DNA from: Cereibacter sphaeroides 2.4.1
GTDB lineage: Bacteria > Pseudomonadota > Alphaproteobacteria > Rhodobacterales > Rhodobacteraceae
Direction of reading: 5' to 3'
DNA length: 32,000 nt
NCBI RefSeq assembly: GCF_000012905.2
Contig: NC_007493.2
Coordinates: 2,790,001-2,822,000 of the forward strand
Shown here: one piece after another, positions 17,601-25,476 of the stretch
How the letters are laid out: every line of letters starts with the position of its first letter
Position numbering within the stretch: the stretch's first letter is position 1
The notes under the pieces: model-generated
What the model saw: the letters and a program-made list of their open reading frames with translations, nothing else
Databases searched by the model: none
What the model was told of the DNA's origin: nothing
Position numbers and translations under genes: made by a program

Positions 17601-17647
17601 GAAAATGCAAAGGGTCGGCGGGACGCGCCCGGAGGCCGCGCCCCGCC
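17601..17647 (-). terminator. candidate intra-operon attenuator between rpsP and rimM
   Basis: The minus-strand RNA forms GGCGGGGCGCG / CGCGUCCCGCC (11 bp with one G-U; plus coordinates 17637-17647 and 17617-27) with a 9-nt loop. It is followed by GACCCUUUGCAUUUUC. The U tract is interrupted, so termination would be partial at best. Confidence 0.3.
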
Positions 17648-17689
17648 GCCGTGGATCCGGGCAGCCCGCCGAACGGGCCGCGCTCACGA

Positions 17690-18040
17690 TCACTCGGCCG
17701 AAGCCGCGGCCCGGTCGGCCTTCTTCTTGGCCAGCTCGGCCATGCGCTTGCCCGGCACGGCGGCCTTGGGGTTGTTGCGCACGGCCTTCTCCTTCAGGCC
17801 CGCGGCCTCGAGGAAGCGGGCCACGCGGTCGGTCGGCTGCGCGCCCTGGGCCAGCCAGTATTGCACGCGCTCGAGGTTCATCTTGATGCGGTCCTCGCTG
17901 TCCTTGGCGAGAAGCGGGTTGTAGGTGCCGAGCTTCTCGAGGAAGCGGCCATCGCGCGGCATCCGGCTGTCGGAGGCGACGATGGAATAGTGCGGACGCT
18001 TCTTCGAACCGCCACGGGCGAGACGGATTTTCATAGCCAT
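17690..18040 (-). CDS. rpsP: 30S ribosomal protein S16
   Basis: 116 aa [43 protein letters not shown]... Confidence 0.97.
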   Translation of the reverse strand: MAMKIRLARGGSKKRPHYSIVASDSRMPRDGRFLEKLGTYNPLLAKDSEDRIKMNLERVQYWLAQGAQPTDRVARFLEAAGLKEKAVRNNPKAAVPGKRMAELAKKKADRAAASAE

Positions 18041-18079
18041 GGGTTTTCTCCTGTCTTGGCTGTCACCGGGCGGGCCCGG

Positions 18080-18421
18080 TCATTTCTGCAGTTTCTCGTG
18101 ATGCCTGATGACTTCGGAAATGATGAAGTTCAGGAATTTCCTGGCGAACTCCGGATCCAGGTCGGCCTCCTTCGAGAGCCATTCCAGCCGCTCGATCTGG
18201 CGCGCCTCACGCGCGGGATCGGAGGGAGGAAGGTCGTGCTCGGCCTTCAGCCGCCCGACCGCCTGGGTCTGCTTGAACCGTTCCGCGAGCGTATAGACAA
18301 GGATCGCATCCAGCCGGTCGATGCTGTCGCGGTGGTCGCGGAGCAGGCCCTGGGCGCGGGCGGCAGCGGCATCGGTCATGGGGACGGGATCCTCCGGATG
18401 TTCGGGACGCGGGGCACTCAT
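18080..18421 (-). CDS. AroQ-class chorismate mutase
   Basis: LRDHRDSIDRLDAILVYTLAERFKQTQAVGRLK ... FLNFIISEVIRHHEKLQK is typical of small AroQ mutases. ATG 18421-18419 overlaps the TGA of the upstream GNAT (ATGA). The ATG at 18379 (99 aa) is the alternative. Confidence 0.85.
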   Translation of the reverse strand: MSAPRPEHPEDPVPMTDAAAARAQGLLRDHRDSIDRLDAILVYTLAERFKQTQAVGRLKAEHDLPPSDPAREARQIERLEWLSKEADLDPEFARKFLNFIISEVIRHHEKLQK

Positions 18422-18978
18422 ACGGACAATTCCGGCACGGGGTGACGGTAGACGAGCACGCCGTCGAGCGTGCCCGGATCGGGACGGGCCCCGAGCCGCT
18501 CGGCCAGCCGGCGCGAGCGGAAATTCTCGGGGGCGATGCAGGAGACGAGACCGGGCAGGCCCAGGGCGCCGAAGGCATGGGCGCGGGCGGCCTCGGCGGC
18601 TTCCTGCGCGTGACCCTGCCCCTCGGCCTCGGCGGTGAAGAGGAACCCCAGCTCCGGCTCGGGGTCGCCCGGCTCCATGCCGATCAGCACGAAGCCCAGA
18701 AGCTCGCCCCGGCGCTCGACCGACCAGAGGCCGTGGCCGCGCAGGAGCCAGGTGGCCACCATGCGGCAGAAATCGTTCCAGGCCTCGGCGGGCGCCATCG
18801 GCCCGCCGAGGCCCAGCCCGCGGTCTGAGCCCACGATCTCGGCGTAGGTCGCGAAATCCTCGAGCCGGGGCGCACGGAGCCGCAGACGCGGGGTCGCGAG
18901 CTCGGGCACCGCGGCGGCGAGGCTCGCGGCCTGCATCGCCGCGGCGCGGGTCAGGGGATGGGTCCAGGGCTCGCTCAT
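18418..18978 (-). CDS. GNAT N-acetyltransferase, RimJ/RimL-like (paralogue 3 of 3)
   Basis: 186 aa with blocks RLRLRAPRLEDF, WLLRGHGLWSV, EPELGFLF, EGQGHAQEAAEAARAHAF, NFRSRRLAERLGA and YRHP. The ATG overlaps the preceding stop (ATGA at 18975-18978). Confidence 0.85.
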   Translation of the reverse strand: MSEPWTHPLTRAAAMQAASLAAAVPELATPRLRLRAPRLEDFATYAEIVGSDRGLGLGGPMAPAEAWNDFCRMVATWLLRGHGLWSVERRGELLGFVLIGMEPGDPEPELGFLFTAEAEGQGHAQEAAEAARAHAFGALGLPGLVSCIAPENFRSRRLAERLGARPDPGTLDGVLVYRHPVPELSV

Positions 18979-19505
18979 CCGCGCCCCCCGGGGCCGGGGT
19001 GGCGGAAGACCAGCGTCGGCCCGTCTCCCGGATAGGCCGCCGTCTCGTCGCGCACGGCCCCCAGCCGCTCGGCCAGGGCGATCGATCGGACATTGTGCGG
19101 ATGGATGTAGCTGACGGCGGTCTTCCAGCCGAGGTTCTGGAAGGCATGGCGCCGGGCAGCTTCGGCCGCCTCGCGCGCATAGCCCTGCCCCTCGCCGGCG
19201 TCGGTGAAGACCGACCAGCCGATCTCGTGCTCGGGCCAGCCCTCGGGGAACCAGGGGCCGACCATGCCCAGCGCCTCGTCGCTGCCGCGGCGGGTGAAGA
19301 CGAACATGCCGTAGCCGCGCAGCACCCAGTGGCCGACCATGTGGCCGAAGGCGCGCCAGGCCTTGTCGCGCGTCAGTGCGCCGCCGATGAAGCGGGCCCG
19401 CTCGCCGGTGAGGAAGGCCGCGATCGGCTCCCAGTCGCGCGCAGCAGGCATCCGCAGCGTCAGCCGTTCGGTGGTGAGGGCGGGGCTTCCGGTGACCGAG
19501 ATCAT
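18975..19505 (-). CDS. GNAT N-acetyltransferase, RimJ/RimL-like (paralogue 2 of 3)
   Basis: 176 aa with blocks RLTLRMPAARDW, WVLRGYGMFVF, EHEIGWSV, EGQGYAREAAEAARRHAF, NVRSIALAERLGA and FRHP. ATGA overlap at 19502-19505. Confidence 0.85.
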   Translation of the reverse strand: MISVTGSPALTTERLTLRMPAARDWEPIAAFLTGERARFIGGALTRDKAWRAFGHMVGHWVLRGYGMFVFTRRGSDEALGMVGPWFPEGWPEHEIGWSVFTDAGEGQGYAREAAEAARRHAFQNLGWKTAVSYIHPHNVRSIALAERLGAVRDETAAYPGDGPTLVFRHPGPGGRG

Positions 19506-20038
19506 GCGTAGGCCTCGATCCCGCCGTCCGCGTCGGACGGGTGGCGGTAGATATGGATGAGCCGGCCGCCTTCCTCGAAGGCGCGTTCGAGCGTGGCGCC
19601 GAGGCGCCGGACCAGCGAGAGGCTGCGGACGTTCTCGGCATCGATCATGGAGATGAGCGGCCCCATGCCGAGACGGACCTGCATGTGGTCGCGCGCCGCG
19701 AGCGCCGCCTCATGGGCATAGCCCTTGCCTTCGTGGCCCTCGTAGAGGTGCCAGCCGAGTTCCGGTTCGGGCCAGCCGATGTGGTTGATGACCCCGACCC
19801 GCCCCACGAAGGCGCCCTCGCGCGTATCGACCGACCACATGCCGTAGCCGCGCAGCGCCCAGTGGCCGATGCCGGCGAGAAAGATCCGCCAGGTGCCGAA
19901 ACTGTCCTGCCGCCCGCCGATGAAGCGCGTGCGGTCGCTCTCGCCGAAGGCGATCATCGCGGGCAGGTCGCTCTCGCGCGGGCCGCGCAGGACGAGGCGG
20001 TCGGTCCGCAGGACCGGGATCTCGAACGGCAGGTTCAT
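19502..20038 (-). CDS. GNAT N-acetyltransferase, RimJ/RimL-like (paralogue 1 of 3)
   Basis: 178 aa with blocks RLVLRGPRESDL, WALRGYGMWSV, EPELGWHL, EGKGYAHEAALAARDHM, NVRSLSLVRRLGA and YRHP. ATG at 20038, 76 nt after the ffh stop. Confidence 0.85.
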   Translation of the reverse strand: MNLPFEIPVLRTDRLVLRGPRESDLPAMIAFGESDRTRFIGGRQDSFGTWRIFLAGIGHWALRGYGMWSVDTREGAFVGRVGVINHIGWPEPELGWHLYEGHEGKGYAHEAALAARDHMQVRLGMGPLISMIDAENVRSLSLVRRLGATLERAFEEGGRLIHIYRHPSDADGGIEAYA

Positions 20039-20114
20039 GCGCGCCCCTCCGGGCCACGCGCCTCCGGCCGCCGGACGGCGGGGAGGCTCGCGGAGGCGGG
20101 GCGCACGGCCTGCC

Positions 20115-21632
20115 TCATTTCTTCTTGCCCATGCCGAGGCCCGAGAGGCCCGGCGGCAGCTTCATGCCGCCCGGCATTCCGGGAAATCCGCCCATCCCGC
20201 CCATGCCCGGCGGCAGCTTGCCCTTCATGGCGGCCGCCGCGGCCTGCATCTCCTCGGGGCTGACGCCGGACATGTCCGGCATGCCGCCGCCCTTGCCCAT
20301 CATCTGCTTCAGGGCCTGCTTCATCATGCCGCCCTTGCCCATCTTCTTCATCATGTCGGCCATCTGCCGGTGCTGCTTCAGCAGCCGGTTCAGCTCCTGC
20401 ACCTCGAGGCCGGCGCCTGCCGCGATGCGCTTCTTGCGGCTGGCCTGCAGCAGGTCGGGGTTCGCCCGCTCCTTCTTGGTCATCGAGTTGATGAGGGCCA
20501 CCTGACGGCGGATGAACCTGTCGTCGAAGCCCGCTTCCTCGGCGGCCTTCGACATCTTGCCCATGCCCGGCAGCATGCCCATCATGCTCTGGATGCCGCC
20601 CATCTTGAGCATCTGCTCGAGCTGCATCTTGAGGTCGTTCATGTTGAAGAGGCCCTTCTGGAACCGCTTCATCATCTTGGCGGCCTGCTCGGCCTCGAAC
20701 GTCTCCTGCGCCTTTTCGACGAGGGCCACGATGTCGCCCATGCCGAGGATGCGGCCGGCGATCCGCTCGGGCTCGAAGGTCTCGAGCGCATCCATCTTCT
20801 CGCCGAGGCCCACGAAGCGGATCGGCTTGCCGGTCACGGCGCGCATCGAGAGCGCGGCGCCGCCGCGGCCGTCGCCGTCCATCCGGGTCAGCACCACGCC
20901 CGAGATGCCCACCTTGCCGTCGAACTCGGCCGCGACATTCACCGCGTCCTGCCCGGTGAGGCCGTCGACGACGAGCAGCGTCTCGCGCGGCTGCGCGAGG
21001 TCGCGCACCGCCTGAACCTCGTCCATCAGCACTTCGTCGATGTGCAGACGGCCCGCGGTGTCGAGCATGATGACGTCGTAGCCGCCCATCGCCCCTTGCG
21101 TCTTGGCGCGCTTGGCGATCTGGACCGCGCTCTCGCCCTTGACGATGGGCAGCGTGTCCACGCCGATCTGCGCGCCGAGGATCTGAAGCTGCTCCATCGC
21201 CGCCGGGCGGTTGGTGTCGAGCGAGGCCATCAGCACCCGCTTGCCCTGCCGCTCGGCCAGCCGCTTGGCGAGCTTCGCCGTCGTCGTCGTCTTGCCCGAG
21301 CCCTGAAGGCCCACCATCAGGATGGTGGCGGGCGGGTTGTCGATCTTGAGCGCGTCGGCTTCGCCCTCGCCGCGCAGCACGGACACGAGCTCGTCATGGA
21401 CGATCTTCACGACCTGCTGGCCCGGCGTCACCGACTTGGTGACGCCCTGGCCCGTGGCCTTCTCCTGAACCTTCTTGACGAAATCCCGCGCCACGGGCAG
21501 CGACACGTCGGCTTCGAGCAGGGCGACGCGCACTTCGCGCAGCGCGGTCGCCACGTCGTCCTCGGTCAGCGACCCCTGCTTGGTGAGCCGCTCGAACACG
21601 CCGCCTAGGCGTTCGGACAGACTTTCGAACAT
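20115..21632 (-). CDS. ffh: signal recognition particle protein Ffh
   Basis: 505 aa MFESLSERLGGVFERLTKQG..., GTPase motifs GLQGSGKTTT and DTAGR, and a Met-rich M domain (MMGMLPGMGKM). Confidence 0.97.
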   Translation of the reverse strand: MFESLSERLGGVFERLTKQGSLTEDDVATALREVRVALLEADVSLPVARDFVKKVQEKATGQGVTKSVTPGQQVVKIVHDELVSVLRGEGEADALKIDNPPATILMVGLQGSGKTTTTAKLAKRLAERQGKRVLMASLDTNRPAAMEQLQILGAQIGVDTLPIVKGESAVQIAKRAKTQGAMGGYDVIMLDTAGRLHIDEVLMDEVQAVRDLAQPRETLLVVDGLTGQDAVNVAAEFDGKVGISGVVLTRMDGDGRGGAALSMRAVTGKPIRFVGLGEKMDALETFEPERIAGRILGMGDIVALVEKAQETFEAEQAAKMMKRFQKGLFNMNDLKMQLEQMLKMGGIQSMMGMLPGMGKMSKAAEEAGFDDRFIRRQVALINSMTKKERANPDLLQASRKKRIAAGAGLEVQELNRLLKQHRQMADMMKKMGKGGMMKQALKQMMGKGGGMPDMSGVSPEEMQAAAAAMKGKLPPGMGGMGGFPGMPGGMKLPPGLSGLGMGKKK

Positions 21633-21844
21633 CGCGGTCTCCCCCGACCTGTTGAACTCTGCCCCGACCTAGGACGGGACGGCGAAAATCACAACGGCAC
21701 CCATGGGCGCATCGCGCTGATGGGTGGCGATCCCGGTCGTGCACCGGGACCGGAGGCTCCAACGGAACTCCGGAAATCTTCGCGGCGATACGCTTCCTCG
21801 GGCGCGGAGTCAACCCATGCAGGGGATCGAGGCGCAGCCCATGC

Positions 21845-21875
21845 AAAAGGCGCGTCCCTTGCGGGGCGCGCCTTT
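21845..21875 (-). terminator. rho-independent terminator of the secreted repeat-protein gene
   Basis: On the minus strand: AAAGGCGCGCCCC, loop GCAA, GGGACGCGCCTTT, then TGCAT. The stem is 13 positions with one A-C mismatch and is followed by four T. It lies 37 nt after the stop at 21913. Confidence 0.65.
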
Positions 21876-21912
21876 CCTCCGGCGGGAGCGGCCGGAGCGC
21901 GGCAACGGGAGG

Positions 21913-22413
21913 TCAGCCGTTGCTGCGGTCGACCGGTTGCAGCGCGATCAGCTCCGACAGGGTGTAGTCGGCCGGGTTGACGCCCAGCGACCGGGCGAGC
22001 TGCGCCTTGGCCACGACCGAGTCGGCCTGCACCGTCGTGCCGGTCTCACCCTTCAAGATGAAGGCCTCGGTCGCGCGGTTGCCCGACTCGATGGCGCCGT
22101 AGAGCTTCACGAGCTCGGTGGGGCTGTATTGCCCGTGCGGAACCCCGAGCGCGAGCTCGAGCTGACGCACCGAAGCGGCGTCCATCGCCTGCGTCGCATC
22201 CGCGCCTTTCGGATGGGCGAGGATCCACTGCACCAGCGCGGGCTTGTGGGCCGCGCGCGCGGCCTTCAGGCTGACGATCTGGCCGAGGCTGTAGCTCTCG
22301 GCCGAGACGCCTGCGCCGGCGGCGATCTGCGCGGTGTTGGTGTCGGCGAAGGCGGCCCCGGTCGAGCCGGCAATGGCGAGGACGAGGGCGGCGGGAATGA
22401 ATTTGAACGACAT
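21913..22413 (-). CDS. hypothetical secreted protein with three internal repeats
   Basis: 166 aa, ATG 22413 lies 8 nt after AGGAG. Signal peptide MSFKFIPAALVLAIAGSTGAAFA. There are three roughly 23-aa repeats: AQIAAGAGVSAESYSLGQIVSLK, RQLELALGVPHGQYSPTELVKLY and AQLARSLGVNPADYTLSELIALQ. Confidence 0.7.
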   Translation of the reverse strand: MSFKFIPAALVLAIAGSTGAAFADTNTAQIAAGAGVSAESYSLGQIVSLKAARAAHKPALVQWILAHPKGADATQAMDAASVRQLELALGVPHGQYSPTELVKLYGAIESGNRATEAFILKGETGTTVQADSVVAKAQLARSLGVNPADYTLSELIALQPVDRSNG

Positions 22414-22626
22414 CTCATGTCTCCTGCTGGGCCGTCCGCCCCTGCGGATCGGCCGATTATCCTTTGCGGGCCGTGGCTTGCGCTCCCTCCGTCTCCGGCT
22501 TGGGGCGATCTCCGCGGCTCGTGAGGAGGATGTAGGCTCTGAGCGTTAGCCGTGTAAGTTCCCGGCTCGGCCAGTATGCTGTGCACAGGCGCACATCACT
22601 TCCACGCGATTCGGACGGGGGCAGAC

Positions 22627-23505
22627 ATGGGATTCGAAAACTGGGACGAGGTGCGGACCGCCTTTCAGGTGGCGCGGCTCGGCACCGTGTCGGGAGCGGC
22701 CGAAGTGCTCGGCGTGCATCACGCGACCGTCATCCGTCACATCGACGCGCTCGAGCGCCGGCTCGGCGCGCGGCTCTTCCAGCGCCATGCGCGCGGCTAC
22801 ACGCCGACCGAAGCGGGCCGCGACCTCCTCCTCGTGGCCCAGACCACCGAGGAGCAGTTCTCGCAGCTGTCGAGCCGCATCAAGGGCAATGGCGAGACGG
22901 TGGCGGGCGAGCTGGTGGTGACGTCGGTACCGGGCTTCTCGAGCCTCATCACGCCGGTCCTCACCAGCTTTCAGGAGCGTCATCCCGCTGTCGTGGTGCG
23001 CTACCTGACAGACCTGCGCCTCTTCCGCCTCGAATATGGAGAGGCGCATGTGGCGATCCGCGCGGGCTCGACCCCGGAAGAGCCCGACAATGTGGTCCAG
23101 CCGCTCGCACGCCTGCGCACCGCGCTCTATGCCGCGCCCGCCTATGCGGCCGCGCACGGCCTGCCCGCGGGCCCGGAGGAGTTCGAGCGGCACCGGTTCG
23201 TCGGCGCCGACATTCCCCGCGCGCCCTATCATCGCTGGCTGCGCGATCAGGTCTCGCCCGACCGGATCACCTTCCGCGGCACGGAATCGGCCGCGCTCGC
23301 GGATGCGGTGCGGCAGGGCGCGGGGCTGGGCTTCCTGCCGGTGCGCGAGGCCACGGGCACCGACCTGATCGAGATCCTGCCGCCCCGCCCGGAATGGGAG
23401 TCCCCGATCTGGATCGTCACCCATGTCGATCTGCACCGCACGCTGAAGGTGCAGAACTTCCTGTCACATCTGAAGGAAGCCGCGAAGGACTGGGTGGACG
23501 TCTGA
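22627..23505 (+). CDS. LysR-family transcriptional regulator
   Basis: ATG 22627 gives MGFENWDEVRTAFQVARLGTVSGAAEVLGVHHATVIRHIDALERRLGARLFQRH (LysR HTH), followed by a substrate-binding domain. It is divergent from the secreted-protein gene. Confidence 0.9.
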   Translation: MGFENWDEVRTAFQVARLGTVSGAAEVLGVHHATVIRHIDALERRLGARLFQRHARGYTPTEAGRDLLLVAQTTEEQFSQLSSRIKGNGETVAGELVVTSVPGFSSLITPVLTSFQERHPAVVVRYLTDLRLFRLEYGEAHVAIRAGSTPEEPDNVVQPLARLRTALYAAPAYAAAHGLPAGPEEFERHRFVGADIPRAPYHRWLRDQVSPDRITFRGTESAALADAVRQGAGLGFLPVREATGTDLIEILPPRPEWESPIWIVTHVDLHRTLKVQNFLSHLKEAAKDWVDV

Positions 23506-23578
23506 TTCCCCGGGGGCGAGGCAAGAGCGCCCGGCTCACGGGCGGAGGCCCGATCGACGACTGACAGGAAGGGGAAAG

Positions 23579-23655
23579 TGGCGCACCCGGAGCGATTCGA
23601 ACGCCCGACCCTCAGATTCGTAGTCTGATGCTCTATCCAGCTGAGCTACGGGTGC
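23579..23655 (-). tRNA. tRNA-Arg (anticodon ACG)
   Basis: The 77-nt reverse complement folds as a cloverleaf: acceptor GCACCCG/CGGGTGC, D arm GCTC-AGCTGGATA-GAGC, anticodon arm TCAGA-CTACGAA-TCTGA (ACG), T arm GGGCG-TTCGAAT-CGCTC, discriminator G, encoded CCA. Confidence 0.95.
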
Positions 23656-23667
23656 GTGGTGACGGCG

Positions 23668-23695
23668 ATTTAGCCGGGGCCGCCGGACAATGCAA
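23668..23695 (-). promoter_or_regulatory. candidate sigma70-type promoter for tRNA-Arg
   Basis: The minus strand reads TTGCAT (23695-23690), a 16-nt spacer, then CTAAAT (23673-23668). It ends 12 nt before the mature tRNA 5' end. This is a consensus match by eye only. Confidence 0.4.
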
Positions 23696-24018
23696 GGGCC
23701 GATCCGAAGATTTCTTCGGGACCCGGACGCCGCACGGGCCGCAAGCCCTGTCGGAAGGGGCCGCGGCCCTTCTGCGAAAGGCGTCAGAGCCTTGCCGGTC
23801 TCGACGCTTTTCTGATGCGGCTGTGCGTGCTCAGCCTTCCGGTTCGCTTCTGATGATGCAAGGGGCGCGGCCCGCGGACGCAGGGCCGGACAGGCGGCGC
23901 GCACGAAAGGGCTGCTCCACCCCGGGCCTCGTCGGGTTTTACCCACGTCAGGGCCTCGGCTTAGGGATGACCGGCCGGGCGGGCAATGCGCAAGGACGGC
24001 CGAGGGGCCGACAGATCA

Positions 24019-25419
24019 TCAGACGAGGGCGCTGAGACCGGCCCCCTTGGGCAGGCGGATGATGAACTCCGTCCCGTCGCTGTCGCTCCGCAACAGGTCG
24101 AGCCGTCCGCCGTGACCACGCACCAGCTCGGCCGAGATGGCGAGCCCGAGGCCCGAGCCCCCCTTGCGCGCCCCGCCCTGGAAGGCGGTGAAGAGATGTT
24201 CGCGCGCCTTGGGCGGCAGGCCCGGCCCGGTGTCGCCCACCTTGATCCACCACTCTTCCTCGCCCTCGCCCGCCGAGAGCTCGATGGTGCCGGGCCGGCC
24301 CGCCGTCTCCAGCGCCTGCCGCGCATTGCGCACGAGGTTGCCCAGCACGCGGTAGAGCTGCTCGCCGTCGGCACGGATCACCATGTTCGGCGCCACATCG
24401 ATCAGGCAGCCCACGCTGGCATCCGCCACCAGCGATTCGGCCTCGGCCACCTCCTCCATCAGCCGGCGCAGCGGCACGCGCGCGATCTGGGGCGGCGGCT
24501 CCTCGGCGCGCCCGAAGGTCAGCGTCGATTCGCAAAGCGAGACCGCGCGCCGGATCGATCCCACCAGCTTCGGCGCCGCCCGGGCCACCGCCGGATCGTC
24601 GGAGGCCGACAGCCGGTCGGCAAACAGCTGCGCCGTCGTCAGGATGTTGCGCAGGTCGTGGCTGATCTTGGCCACCGCCCCGCCGAGCTGGGCCAGCCGC
24701 TCCTTCTGGCGCAGCGCGCCGATGAGCTGGGTCTGCATCATCTGCAGCGCCTCCTCGGCCTCGCGCAGCTCGCGGATGCCCGCGGTGGGCGCGATCACGC
24801 GGCGCGCATCCTCGGGCGCTTCGGCATAGGCGGTCATGTGGGTGACGACCCGCCGGATCGGCACCACCAGAAGCCGCCGCACCGCAAGGAACAGCAGAAG
24901 CGCCGTCACCATCGAGATCAGCGCCGAGAAGACGAGCACCCGCGCCCCATGCTCGAGCATGGCCTTGCGCATGGGGCCCCGTTCGAGCGCGACCTCGATC
25001 TGCTGGCCGCCGCTCTCCACCGGTTCGCCGATCACCCGAATCACGCCCTGCTTGTCGAGCACATCCATGAAGGTGTCGCGGATCAGCCCGAGGGGGCCCG
25101 CGAAGCGCAGGTCGTAGGTCTGCTCCACCGGCACGGGAATGGGCGAGGACAGCACAAGCTGGCGCACCTCGTCGCGGCGCAGCACCACGTTGTAGACGCC
25201 CGCATTGGCCAGAAGCTCCGCCTCGAGGTCGGGCGCGATCATGTCGTCCGCCGCCAGCAGGGCCAGCGACGCGATCTGCGCCTTCTCCAGCCGGAGGAGG
25301 AGGTAATCCTCGCGGAAGCGCGCCACCGAGGGCACGAGGATCAGCACCTCCGCCAGCATGACGAAGGCGGCGGTCAGCATCAGGAACCGCCCGGAGAGCG
25401 TGTTCAGGAACCGCCGCAA
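24019..25419 (-). CDS. membrane sensor histidine kinase (no cognate response regulator adjacent)
   Basis: 466 aa with a TTG start at 25419, 7 nt after GGAAGGA. Two TM segments flank a roughly 130-aa periplasmic region. H box [13 protein letters not shown] box [13 protein letters not shown] boxes VGDTGPGLP and GGSGLGLAI. Confidence 0.9.
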   Translation of the reverse strand: MRRFLNTLSGRFLMLTAAFVMLAEVLILVPSVARFREDYLLLRLEKAQIASLALLAADDMIAPDLEAELLANAGVYNVVLRRDEVRQLVLSSPIPVPVEQTYDLRFAGPLGLIRDTFMDVLDKQGVIRVIGEPVESGGQQIEVALERGPMRKAMLEHGARVLVFSALISMVTALLLFLAVRRLLVVPIRRVVTHMTAYAEAPEDARRVIAPTAGIRELREAEEALQMMQTQLIGALRQKERLAQLGGAVAKISHDLRNILTTAQLFADRLSASDDPAVARAAPKLVGSIRRAVSLCESTLTFGRAEEPPPQIARVPLRRLMEEVAEAESLVADASVGCLIDVAPNMVIRADGEQLYRVLGNLVRNARQALETAGRPGTIELSAGEGEEEWWIKVGDTGPGLPPKAREHLFTAFQGGARKGGSGLGLAISAELVRGHGGRLDLLRSDSDGTEFIIRLPKGAGLSALV

Positions 25420-25476
25420 GATCTTGTCCTTCCGACTCTACCGGTTACCAACGCGCCCATCGGATCCACGGGTCCG

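Noticed and set aside
18418-20038. GNAT genes as type II toxin (TacT/AtaT-like) modules
   Set aside because: There is no small RHH/antitoxin ORF upstream of any copy. The N-terminal RLxLRxP block and overall pattern are RimJ/RimL-like, and the three genes are paralogues of each other rather than toxin-antitoxin pairs.
19869-21608. 579-aa plus-strand ORF
   Set aside because: It is antisense to ffh and GNAT paralogue 1. Its His/Leu/Ala/Arg repeats mirror the Met/Lys/Gly-rich ffh codons. It is an artefact.
22458-22466. DnaA-box-like TTATCCTTT near rpmH/rnpA/yidC-type genes, as a hint of a replication origin
   Set aside because: It is a single 6/9 match, there is no cluster of boxes or AT-rich unwinding element, and no dnaA is present. 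Alphaproteobacterial origins are not usually at this locus.
23536-23946. 136-aa minus-strand ORF
   Set aside because: It overlaps the tRNA-Arg gene and reads through its sequence (PVAQLDRASDYESEGRAFES is translated tRNA). It is not a protein gene.
23506-24018. tRNA-Arg as an integration site for a genomic island
   Set aside because: There is no integrase, no direct repeat of the tRNA 3' end that I could find nearby, and no compositional shift. The flanking genes are ordinary housekeeping or regulatory genes.
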